Positions 36,001 to 47,700 of a DNA stretch of 64,000 nucleotides are shown one piece after another. Within the stretch, counting starts at the first letter, position 1. Every line of letters starts with the position of its first letter. Where the stretch lies: contig JANHCV010000009.1 of assembly GCA_025594325.1 (NCBI GenBank), positions 868,001 through 932,000 on the forward strand, written 5' to 3'. The notes under the pieces are model-generated. The model did not search any database and was not told the origin of the DNA. It was given only the letters and a program-made list of their open reading frames with translations. A program made the position numbers and the translations under genes. The DNA is from Blastocladiella emersonii ATCC 22665 (Eukaryota; Fungi; Blastocladiomycota).

Positions 36001-37560
36001 ACCGCGTTGTTGCCGGAAACTGACGCGTCGTTCGAATGTAGAGGACTGAAATCTCCCGAACGGAACACGGCCAGACGAGGTCCGTTGGAGCGTGACAACA
36101 GCAGCGACGACTACTCCAACGAGTACTACGGCACGCACCCGAGCGAGCATCCCGCCTGCGAGCTCAAGAGCTACTATTCGCGGCCTTCGACAACCTCGGC
36201 TTCGCTTCGCGCAGCGGCGACGGCCAAGAACTGCAAGATCGAGATCAGCGTGAACGACGACGGGCTGCACGGCGAGTTCACAATCCATGAGCCGACGACC
36301 CAAGGCACCAACGAGTCGACCAACACTCAGCAACAGCACTCGAGCAGCAGACCTGGAACGTGTCGCATTCCTCTTTCCCTCCACCACACCCGTGCGCGCG
36401 AGTCCGTGACGCTGACATCTGTTCTCCGCGACCAGTAGTTGATGGAAGCCGCGCTACTTCTCCTCCTCGCTCGCATCGGCCCGATTCGTGTTTACGCGCG
36501 CGCTGTGCCGCGTAACAACGAGCTACCGCGTCGTTGATCTCTCGCTCGCGGCCAGCTGCTCGCCTCGTACTCGTACACGGACGGCCTCGGCTGCATCTCC
36601 ACCACCGCTCCGAGTCATCCACGCGTTGACCGAGACAAGGTCAAGCTCAAGGAGAACCGCGGCCGCATCGGATCACACGACAGCTAGATGATGTCGGTAC
36701 GCGTGGCCGAGACGAGACGAGATCATCCGCATGACGGCTCATACTGACCGAGCCGCGCGACTGCATCCACCGTGTAGCCGACTCGACCGGCTTCGAGTCC
36801 TTCTTCCTCCGCGCGCCCGTACTCGCCTCCATCTTCGACTCTGCCGCCGCGACCAGCGGTGCTGCGCGACAATCACGACTTGCTTCTGTGACTGTGCACT
36901 CCATCACTTCTGCGCGTAGTGGAAGCGAATACGGCAGACTGACGCGTGCGAACTTGGTTCCTCCGAGTAGGCGCTGCACGCTCAACAAGGGCTGTCGATC
37001 GATCGTATCGCCACCGTCGCTCCTCCTCTCTTCCTCAAGCGTGTCCGGATCATCTTCCTCGTGGTCGCCCATTTGCTTCGGCGATCTCGTCCTGCTTTGC
37101 TTTCGCCATCGTCCAGCTTGATAAGTGTCCGTGGTCCCGCGCTGTGGACTCGCGCCGTGACCATGGGCCGCACCGATTGCTCATCACTCACATCGTGCCC
37201 TCAGTTTTGCGGCAGCCTGATCAAACCTACCTCGATCACCTCCAAGGTGTACACGCGCGCGCTATCTCTACGACTGATACGTCGTGCCTGCAGAGTTAGG
37301 CTTGACGTGCAGGACTTGGCACGGTGCTCTCAACGGTCTCGCTTCTGCATCGACTCAGCTTCCTACGTGTATTTTGTCGCCCGTGGATGAACCGCCTGTG
37401 TGCCGCCTCATGCTGACGGCGAGCGGCGCGAGCGGAGACGCAAGTCTCGTCAACCTGGGACGTGTCCACGTACTGGCTACGCTACCTCTCCTGCGCGAAC
37501 ACGGCCGATCACTCACTCACGCTTCGCTTGCCACTGACGCGGTAGAAATCCTTTTCGTAT
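30050..37560 (+). repeat. Decayed tandem segmental duplication (~4.1-4.25 kb period) of an intron-containing pseudogene, with a third partial copy
   Basis: Collinear matches: 30071/34190 (GCAGGTCAA), 30611/34803 (ATCACTCAC...AGATCCTCGCCGTGT), 31400/35665/37450 (CAACCTGGGAC(G/A)TGTC), 32315-32817/36558-37060. Coding-like fragments switch frames repeatedly. Confidence 0.8.
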
Positions 37561-38213
37561 GCTCCTCGATCAAGTGCTCCCAACGGCCACTTTGGGCGGT
37601 GTGAGCGCATTGTCACTCCGGCATCGACCCTGCTCCGATTGCCTGTGCTGAGTCGCCGTGGCATCAATCGAGTTTGAGAGCATCGGCGCGGCGGCGTGCA
37701 GGTCCAAACTGGAGCTTCTGCCCTTCGCCGCGTCCAGCTGTACAAGGGCTGGACCAGCGAGCCGACTTGCTTTGCAATCGTTCTTTCCAAGTGGATCGCC
37801 CGCGCCGCTCGTGCTAGCGGAGCTCCCGTCTTGAGCTCCCGTCTTGAGCTCCCGACTGCTAGTCTATGCCCAAGATCGCCCCAACGACTCACTTGCTCGC
37901 GTTGGGGCCGATGCGCGAGAGGCCCTCGGGACGTTCGCGCAACTCGTGCTCGTCAAGGACATCAATGACACCTCGCCCAACACGAGGGCGCTCTGATCAA
38001 GAGCAGTTTGCATCAAGTTACGTAGAGCTATTTCGCTCTCCATTGGTTTTCGTGGAAGGATGGTGAGAGCGTGAAGCGAGCACGAACCTTGCTCGTCTTG
38101 CCACCTGTTTGCCCCCTCACGGAACGGGCTTACAAAGGAAGCGAAGGAGAGCGCCATCGAATACTAGAGGAGAAGCTAATATATGTTACAGATGTGTACA
38201 GAGTGGGTAAGAT

Positions 38214-38766
38214 CTACTCGTCGTCGCTACTGTCCGAGTCGTCAGACGAATCTTCTGCCCGATGCCCCCGGTTCGGGTTGTGGAACAGCTCGTCATCGTC
38301 ATCGCTGTCACTCTCGCTCTCCTCGTTGGCGGTGGCCGCTGGCGCGTCCTTGGCGGCCTCGGCCTCTTCGGCCTGCTCCTTCGCCGCCCACTCGGCGGGC
38401 CACTCGCCGCGCTTCTTCATGGCCGAGACGTGGTCGGGGAAGAGTACGTGCGCGATCTCACCCCACACCTTGCCAACGTCTCCCGGGTACGGCTGAAGCA
38501 CCGCGTAAGACCCTAACCATCGACCAAGTCAGCAAACCCTGATCAGCGATGGCTCAGCCGCTGCAGCGAAACTTACCGCGCTTGACCCAGATCACATTGC
38601 GGAACCGAGCGGGCAGCTCGGCCAGCGTCATGGACCCATCGGCCAGCTCAACCTCGTGCAGGTTGTTGCCGCGCGGCGAGTGCACGCGCGCGATGACCTG
38701 GTTCCCGGTCGGCGTCGGGTCCTCGTTCAGAAAAGCCTGGATCAGATGCTTGTTGCGGCGTGACAT
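38214..38766 (-). CDS. EIF1AD: eIF1A-domain (S1-like) RNA-binding protein
   Basis: VIARVHSPRGNNLHEV...LAELPARFRNVIWVKRG|SYAVLQP...GKVWGEIAHVL...WP...NPNR with an acidic tail. Intron 38513-38576 (GTAAGT...TAG). Confidence 0.92.
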
Positions 38767-39792
38767 TTTCGTTGATTCGTTGCGGTTAAGGTGTCTAGTT
38801 AGCGTCACCCGAGGCGATGGCCGCGGAGTCGGCGGTGGAGGAAGTGTGGCGCAGGCGCCGTTGATCAACGTCAGGTGATCTCTTGTGACCCGTCGGCAGG
38901 CGAAACGCGTACCTGAAACGCGACGCGTCGCACTTTCGAAAGCACGCACAACCTCCTTCGCGGCGATTGGGGGCCGATCATACATGCAGTTGATGTTTCA
39001 ACCGCCTTTCAGCGATGCCACAGCGCGACGACGATGGCTGGAATCGTGACAGACACCCACGGTCCGCCGCGTGCCAAAGCAGCCAGCACCGCTCTGTGGA
39101 CGATTCAATCTTACGTCTCATGGCTGTTGCTCTCGATGGCAGCTCAAGACGCCCATCCCGCTCGTCCAGTGGCTCAGTGGCAAGAGGAAATGCGACCCCT
39201 ATCTCTTTGGGCGTGAGCTCGGATCGCAGTCCGCAGCCTATCGATCCAGGGGAGGAAGTTGGTTCGCTCTTTCCACCGTGAACACTAAAGAAATTCCCAC
39301 GATGAGCTTGCCACAAACGTGACCGGCGGGGCTCATGTGCGTTCCGAAAGGCCGATCGTGTCGCCTGCATGAACCCGGCTAATACAAATTGTCCGACAAC
39401 GCCGAGCCGGATCGCAGCGAGTCGCCGTGCTCGAGATCACGCATCCCATCACGCAGGGGCCGAGCGACTGACCAGTTTTGATCCTCAATCCCAGCCCCAC
39501 GCTTTCGCTATTCACAGGTGCTTCAATTTCTGCGGACATTGATGTCAATGCTCTCGAGCGCACCAGCCTTCCGATCATTATGGGCCTCGACCGAAGCTCG
39601 GCCCTCGTTCGCTGATCGGGGGACCCTGAAACATATCGTGCATCGGGTGAACACGGGCGCCCTCGTCCCTTGCGAAGCTTCTTCTCGCTTCCGCCATCGA
39701 AGTGACGCGGTTTTGCCTCGTTAGTGCGTCGCACTTCACGAGAACAACGTTGCTCGTGTGCCTATCTCTATATTATGCTATAATAAAACCGA

Positions 39793-39983
39793 ACATGCCG
39801 TGGCCGCGGGACACGCTTCACAACGTTGGGCGTACGCTCGTGCTCGCACAACGCTTGTCTCACTTCGCAGCCAACGGGCCGCCTGCGGCGGCCGGCTGCT
39901 CGTGCGACGACGATTCGCAGCTCGCGCCATGCCGGGTGGGCGTCGCCACCTGCGCGCGCGTGTGTCCCGCGGCCACGGCATGT
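39793..39983. mobile_element. Candidate MITE (191 bp)
   Basis: Perfect 22-bp inverted repeat ACATGCCGTGGCCGCGGGACAC (39793-39814 / 39962-39983), flanked on both sides by CGA (possible 3-bp TSD). Non-coding interior. Confidence 0.55.
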
Positions 39984-40195
39984 CGAGGGCAGCGTCGAGC
40001 TTGGGTACGAGCTCCTCACGCCTTGCGACCCTGGATGGATGCAACGACTTTGGAGGGTGATGGAAGGATGCAGAATGTTCCGACAGCGACCGACCACGGC
40101 CAGCTGGAGTCGACGTCCTCTCGCGGCGGAGTTCGCGAGCGATGCCCATAAAGCACTCGGTCAGATCAACCACTTGTACCGACACCATTTCCACC

Positions 40196-41515
40196 ATGGT
40201 TCACGCTGATCTCGCCGCCATCGCGCCGCTCATCCCGATCGAGGACTTCTTCACCAACCCGGACCGCACGGCGCCGAGCCTATCGCCCGACTACACCAAG
40301 CGCTCGTGGCTCGCGCCCGGCGCCAACTCGAACCTACAGGTGTGGGTTCAGCCGCTCGCGGCATGGCGCCAGGGCACCGCCGACGGCCGCGTCCAGGTCA
40401 CCAACCACTCGACGCACGACACCCGCTCGTACAAGTGGACGCGCGACGGCACGGGCATCTTCTTCCTGCAGGACAATAACGGCGATGAGGTGTTCCACCT
40501 GTTCGACGTCGACCTCGAGACGCGCGTCGAGCGCGATCTGACGCCCGTGGACGGCGTGACCATCAAGCGCGGCTTCGTCAACTGCGACTGGCTCGCCGAG
40601 TCGCTGCTCGAGCCGGGCAAGATTGCCGTCGCGCTCAACCTCGACGGACGCCGCCAGCACGACGTGTACAAGATCGACGTGGCGTCGGGCGAGCTCACGC
40701 TGCACACCAAGGTGCGTACCGGCGTCGAGGCCGTGCTGCTCGACGACCACCTCGTTCTGCGCACCGCCACGGCGACGGAAAAGGACGGCAGCTCGACGGT
40801 GCTCGGGTACAACCCCGCGGGCGAGGACGAGGCCGCCATGTGGCCCGTGCTCCACGCGTCGACCCCGATCGACACCGTGTACGCGGTGCACGCGCACCTC
40901 GACGGGCGCATCCTGCTCCTGTCGTCGGTCGGCCGCGAGACGCGCGTCCTGATCGACTTTGACCCGGCGACGGGCGAGCAGACGGTGCTGGCCGAGGGTC
41001 CCGTCGACGTGGCCGTCGAGAAGGTGCACCCGGCGACACACGCGCTGCAGTTTGTCGCGTATAACCCGGGCCGGTACCAGTGGGCGGTCGTCGACGAGTC
41101 GCTGCGCGAGCACTTTGACCGTGTCCAGGCCTACGCTGCTGAGCACGACGCCGACTTCTCGTTCATTCCGCTCGCCGGCGCCGACGACGCAGTGTGGATG
41201 CTCTCTCTCACATACAGCAACGCGCCCGCCGCGTTCGCGCTGTACCACAAGGACCCTGCCGTGACGGGCGCCAACGCCGAGGAGCACTTCGAGTTTCTCT
41301 TCACCAGCAACTCCAAGCTCGCGGGCCTCACGCTCGGCCGGTGCGAGTCGGTCAACTACGCGGCGCGCGACGCGCTGCCGCTGCAGGGCTACTTCACGTA
41401 CCCGCCAGGCTATGACGCGGCCAGTGGCGCCACGTACCCGCTGGTGCTCGTGATTCACGGCGGTCCGTGGGCGCTCGACTCGTTCGGGTACTCGTCGCTC
41501 GCGCAGTGGCTCGCG

Positions 41516-41546
<31 letters not shown>

Positions 41547-42191
41547 ACCGCGGGTCCATCGGGTTCAACCGCACGCACTTGTCGGCGGGGTTCAAACAGT
41601 GGGGCCGCGCCATGCACACGGACCTGCTTGACTCGGTTGACATGGCCGTGGCGCGCGGGATCGCCGACCGTGACCGCGTGGCGATTCTCGGCGGCAGCTA
41701 CGGCGGATACACGGCGTTGGCCGGCGTCGCACTGACGCCTGACTTTTTCACGTGCGCCGTCGACATTGTCGGCCCATCTAACCTCAAGACTTTCCTGGCG
41801 TCGGTCCCGCCGTACTGGGAGGCGTTCCGCTCGCTCCTGTACACGCGCGTCGGTCATCCCGAGCACGACTCGGAGCTGCTCGACGAGGTCTCGCCCGTGC
41901 ACCACGCGCACAAGATCGTGCGCCCGCTGCTCATCGCACAGGGCAAGAATGACCCGCGAGTCAAGGAGGCAGGCCATCGCCAAAAACGGCGGCAACGTCG
42001 TCTACGCGCTGTACCCAGACGAGGGCCACGGCTTCTCCAAGCCCGTCAACCGCGTCGACTTCTTCGGCAAGGCCGAGGTCTTCCTCGCGCGATACATGGG
42101 CGACAAGGTCCGCGTCCAGGACGGACTCGATTTTCACGTCAACAAGGACGGCGCATCGGCTCAGTTGCGCTTCGTTGGCGATGCTTTCTAG
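40196..42191 (+). pseudogene. S9 family (prolyl oligopeptidase clan) dipeptidyl/acylaminoacyl peptidase, intronless, frameshifted near the C-terminus
   Basis: LIPIEDFFTNP, IHGGPW, LANRGYAVLQPNYRGS, nucleophile GGSYGG, DIVGPSNL and NDPRV are in frame 40142. The His motif YPDEGHGF is only in frame 41766-42191. Shift at ~41970. Confidence 0.88.
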
Positions 42192-42708
42192 TGGGAAATG
42201 GGAATGAGTTGTGTTCTTTCAATTTCGAAAGGTTAAACATAGTTTAGCTTACGTTCTTAACCGATGACTTTGGCCGAACTCGCTCAGTATACTCGCTTGA
42301 TGCCATGTCATGCGAGGCTCATTCGTGTGGCGCAACGCGTTCAACTTGTCATCACGTGGCTCGAACTCAAGGAGTGCATCTGTTGCTTAGCCTGCCGAGC
42401 AGCAGGTGTGGCGCAACGCGTCCCCAGCTGCCCTCACGTGACCCGTTGGCAGGTGCTCCCATTTGCTCGGATCAGTTCAACCCCTTCGTTTCCGCCACCC
42501 CCTAGAAGACAACGCTGCTGCCATGAATCGGAAGGAGACTCGATGCAAAATGGTCGACTAGTTGCGGGGACTCTCTGCAAATGTCTCGCCCGCATCTCCT
42601 GCGAAGACCTCGGAGCGAGCGGGCGGGTGGCGTGCGGCCCTTGCGCGCGCGCGTGAACCCGACCTCCCGACCCGCTCCGAGACCATATCCCACGAATGAT
42701 ATCGCACA

Positions 42709-44329
42709 ATGCAAGGTCGCCCAACCAACTTTCGCCCGACGCGCCGCTGGTCGCGTGCCGTTCCGACGGCCGAGGGCGCGGCGCTGACGCTCCACCTCGT
42801 CGCGAAACCCGCTGCCTCCGCCACCGCTACGGCTGACGGGCCGGGCGCGTCCAGCCAGCTCGCCGCGTCGTTCCTGCTCACGCCGCCCGCCTCCCAGGCA
42901 CACCATGCGGCTGCCGTCCAGCGGTGCACGGTGCGGTGCGAGACCCGCATGGACGATCGCCGGATGCTGCTCGCGTCGCCGTCGCCCGCGGGGCTCTCGC
43001 TCGCCGAGTGGAAAGAGCTCGTCGACGTCGTGTTCGCGGCCGAGGTCACGATCTCGGTTCGCCTTTGCGTCGACGAGTACGAGGACATTGAGTCGATTCT
43101 GGCGACGGCGGTGGCGGGTGTCGTCGCGCTCAGCGACGCGGAACGCGCGCACGTCAAGGTCGAGCCGTTCCAGTTCACGCGCGCGGTCGGGTTTGAGCCC
43201 GTCTACGAGGGTACACCCCTCGCTTTCCCGCACCCGCGCTCTCCCCGCTGACTTCCGCTCCCTGCGCCCAGGAACGACCGTGGTCCGGTTCGCCGACACG
43301 ATGCACCTGGACGCGTACGCGTCGCATCACCAGTGGATCGACCCGGGCCGCGTTGCGACGCTCGACCGGGTTCAAATAGACCTGCCCACCGTGTCGACCG
43401 ACCCCGCCGCCGTGGCCGTGCTTCTCGCGGCAGCGCGCAACCAGCTGCGGCGCATGTTCCCGCGTGTCTTCTCGCCCGAGTACGTGAGCGACGTGCGCCG
43501 CAACGCTCGGTACATCCCGAGCCTCGCGCAGTCGCTGTCGACGATCCTCGGCGGCTCCGCGGCCGACTATGCCGACCCTGACACGGTCGCGCAGATCTTC
43601 TACCGGCTCGTGCGCGGCGCCGCGCTGCAGTGGCACCGCGCGCGGTGTAATGCGGCGGCCGAGGATGCGGTGGTCGTTTCGGCGGCGCAACCCGTTGAGC
43701 AGCTGCCGCTGGCGACTCCGCCATGGCCGACGTCGTTGCAGCCCGTGCCGGTGTCGCCGTCTTCGACACAGGCCTCGATTCCGTGGCCGACGTCAGCGCA
43801 GCCCGCGTCGGCGTCGTCGTTCTCGGCGCAGTTTTCGCTTTCGTTGCCGCCCTCGACCCAGCTCACCTCGTGGTCGTCATCGGCGTTACTTACGCAAGAG
43901 CCGGTCGACGACGCGGTCGAGGACATTGACCTCTTTGCGCTCGTCGCCGCACTTGAGGACGAGGCCATCGATCTGCACCAGGTCGGCGGTGCTCGTCTCG
44001 CGCACCCGGAACCCGCCTTCTGCCTGTTCGATGTGGCCGCGGCGCTCGTCGAGCACTCGCAGGCCGCCGGCACGCTCTCACTCGCTCCTTCGCCCACCGC
44101 CGACGAGGTCGACAAAGACGACATCGAGGGCTCGCGGTGGTGGTCGCTCGTGTCGAGCCAGAGCCAGGAGGTCTTCGACGAGGAAAAGTTCATTGCGCCG
44201 TGCATCCGTACCTCGCCGCGCGCGGACTCGTCGCCTCCCCCCGCCGCGGACGCCATCGACGCGCTGCTCGCGAGCGCGCTGGCGGCGGCCGAGCGGCGGC
44301 GTGCGCTGGTGGCGAAAGCACAAATATAA
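42709..44329 (+). CDS. Hypothetical protein, one intron
   Basis: ORF 42709-43251 joins ORF 42905-44329 through intron ~43211-43271 (GTACAC...CTGAC...CAG), giving FEPVYE|GTTVVRFADT. No family recognised; start uncertain. Confidence 0.55.
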
Positions 44330-44781
44330 TTCTCCTTCATACCTGATGGTCGCAGTGATCGAGGCCGGAGATCGAGGGGGCTGGGCCGGCCGGCCGCGAA
44401 CACGCACGGGAGCGATCCTTGCAGGAGCCGCGCCGCTCCGACTCCTCTCTCTCCTCTCCTCCCATCACATTCGCACATCACTGCAACGAATTCACTTGCC
44501 CGCCGAGCTCCTGCAGTCTCGCCGGTGCCGCGCGCTCTGCCGGACCCGCGCTCTTGCCAGTTATTGCACCAAGTCGGCGTTCGCGGACGTCTCTGAGGTG
44601 CGGCCAGGTGTATGCGCTACACCGATGGAGCCCCTGACGGCCTGAAAATCGTGGCTCGATGCATGTAGCCGACGACGACCTCGGCGTCCACGACTCCGTG
44701 TGTCCCCACGGCCAGCGCCGTCGACTCATTACTCGTCTCTCAGCTCGTCTCCCGTCCCGCCGCGCCTCCTCGCGCACCTGC

Positions 44782-47700
44782 ATGGACCATCACCACGCCG
44801 CCGCCGCCGCGGACGGGTTTCTTCCGCCGCACCACCACCAGCAACCGACCATGCTACCGACGACCACGCCGTGGCGGACCTCGGCGCCCGCCTCGGCGGC
44901 GAGCAGCGCCGCGTCGTCGCCATCGACCAGCTCGTTCCCACCACATCCACCACCGCTTCCGCCACCACGGCCGCAGCCCGTGACCTCGTTTGCCCTCGCC
45001 ACGGGCGACCGGCTCCCACACGGCGACCTGTCGGACGCGCAGCTCGCGTCGCTGCTCGGTCGCCGGCTCGATGCGCTGGCCGAGCTGCACGCGCCCGCGG
45101 ACCTCGACCTCGACGACTCGGCCTCCACCACCCTCACACCCCTCAATGCCTCGCTGACATGCCAATCGGGCTGCTGGCACGCGTGGTCGCGGCAGACCTC
45201 TCCCACCACTGCCGCCACCGACCTCGCCGCGTGGCGGTCGCGGTGGGGCGTCGCGACGGCCGTGGCGCACACGCCCGTCGTCGCGCAGAAATCGTACCGC
45301 CACGAGAAGCGGTTCCTGTGCCCGCCGCCCACCATCGAGCTGACCGGGTGCCCGTGGTTCCCGACGCACCCGCTCGCAACGCCTGGCGCGCTGGGGGAGG
45401 CGGTTGCGGGTGTTCCGTCGTGGCTTCCGCCGGCAAGGACGCGCGACCTGCCCGGCGTCTCCGTCAGCATGCGCAACTCGTCCGACGTCCAGGACGACCC
45501 GCTCGCCGCGCTGTCAGTCGAGCAGCAGGCGAGAGACGGCGGCGTGTTCAGCCAGGACCTGTCGTCACAGCCGCTGCCGCTCGAGCCCGCGCTACCCGCA
45601 CCGACAGACGCAGCCGACGTCGTCCGCGGCGAGTGCGTGCACATCGGGACCCTCGGCTGGCTCGGCGCGACGCCCGCGCCCGACGCCGTCCTACCCCCGC
45701 CGCCTACTGACCCGGTGCCCTCTGCTGAGCCCGCACGCGCCGTGCCTGCTGTTGCTCCCGCACCACCACCGCCGCAGCAGCAGCTGCAGCCGCCGATGCC
45801 GGTTCTCACGTCCCTCCCGCCGTCGGCGCTCACGCGGACGACGCGCGCGGCACGGCAGGCGCGCGCCATTCCCGCTGCGGTAGCAGCAAAAGCTGCGGCT
45901 GCGGCTGCCGCCGCGAGGTCGGGCCCGCGCGTCCGCGGATCGCGCAAGGCGTGGGCCGAGGCTCCGGCCGCCGCGTCCTCCTCGACGTCGGCCGACGAGA
46001 ACGGCGAGCCGCCAGTGCGCGACCGCGACCGGCCGTTCGGCCCCGGCGCGAAGCGCACCAACGCCGCCGCGACCGCCCCACCCGCGCCGCCAGCCCCGCC
46101 GCAGCGGATCGCCAAGTACACGGGCCATCACCCGTGCGGCGACGTGCCCTCGGAAGCGTGGGCCGTGCGCCAGCTGTGGGTGAGCGACGTTGAGCAGAAG
46201 AAATCGTTCCGGTGCGTCTTCACCGTGCACCCGCCCGGCCCCTCCCAGGGCGCTGTCTACGCCGAGATCGCATCCCCGCCGATCCGCGTCATCACGAAAC
46301 CCAACAAGCGGCGGATCGCCATGGCGGGTCCCGCGCCGGGTCCCGCTGTCGGCGCGGTGATCGCCGGGTCGACGGTCGCCCTGTTCATGCGCATCCGCGC
46401 ACAGTGCGTCGCCACCAAGTACCTCGCCGTCGGCCACGCGCGCGCTGTGCCGGGCGCGGCTGTTGCCGCCGTCGTGGAACGCGTGCATGCCGATATGCCG
46501 GCGCCCGTCGTCCTGCAGCTTCCGAATACGACGGACGTCGCCGCGGTGACGGCCGTCAGCTACGCGTCCCCTGGCCCACCGCTCGCTTCCGCGCTGGTGC
46601 ACGCCGCGGAGCAGGAAGTAGGCGGCGGGCCGACCGTCAACCTGGGCGGCGGCGGGTCGTTCGACCCCGACCCGTCCCGCGTCGCGGCCAACTTCCACAC
46701 GGTGCGGCACGTGTTCCCGGGGGCGACCGAGCCCGCGGCCGTCGAGTTCCTCGCGTCGCCCGCGGCGTGGGCCGCGTTCCGGATCGAGGTCGTCGATGCG
46801 GTCGAGCGGAAGTCCAAGTTCATGCACCTCTCGCGGTGCGCGGACTGCGCGTGTCCCGCGGCCGCCGCCGCGGCGCCGGGGAGCGTCGTGCAGTACGGGA
46901 TGACGGTCGTCCTCGTCGACCCCGTCACGGGGCTCAAGTCGCGCGAGCTCGTGGTGCGGCGCGTGGATCGTGGTGCCGTCGCGGTTGTCGCGGAGGGATT
47001 GCTTCTCGAGGACTCGGTGCGCGGCGACGGGGTTGCGGGGGCCATGACGGCGACGGCGACGGTCGCGGGGACAACGACACCGGTCACCGGGTGGCCCGAC
47101 ATCCTGGCTGCCGCGACGACAGCGGCCGTCACCGCCGCGAGCTCGCGCACGTCGCGCGGGTCGTCGGGCAGCAGCAACCGCGCGCCGTCGGCGTCGCCCG
47201 GCCCGCTCGCGAGCGACACGGCGTCGACTGGATCCAGCACCTCAACCACGACAACGACGCGCTCCCGCGCCCCCGCAGCCGACCCCTTCACGCTACACCT
47301 GCACAGCGACCGGTGCACGCTGCACCCGTTCCCGAACCACCCGTGGGAGGTGCACGTCGCGCAACACCACGGTCCGGGTGGGGAACCGAGCGACATTCTG
47401 CCCAAAATCGACCCGGTGTCACAGCTGCACAAGATGGCCCTGCAGCTCAAGGACGACCCGGCGTACCCGGGCGCGTTCCTCGCGCTCGCCGACGGCCGCA
47501 TCGGGATCTACCGCCCGCCGCCGGCCGCCGTCGCGTTCTCGGCGCTCGAGGCGTCGGACGTCGTGTACACGGCCGCGGCCGCGGGGGCTGCCGCCTCAGG
47601 CGCGGAGCCGGGCACGAGTTTGGCGTCTCGGGGTGGGGCGCGGAAACGCCGGTCCCGCGCGAGCGGCGGGTCTACGACTTCCTCGCACTCGTCGTCCGGT

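Noticed and set aside
37820-37854. GAGCTCCCGTCTT x2.7 short tandem repeat
   Set aside because: Too short and isolated to imply function; probably local slippage.
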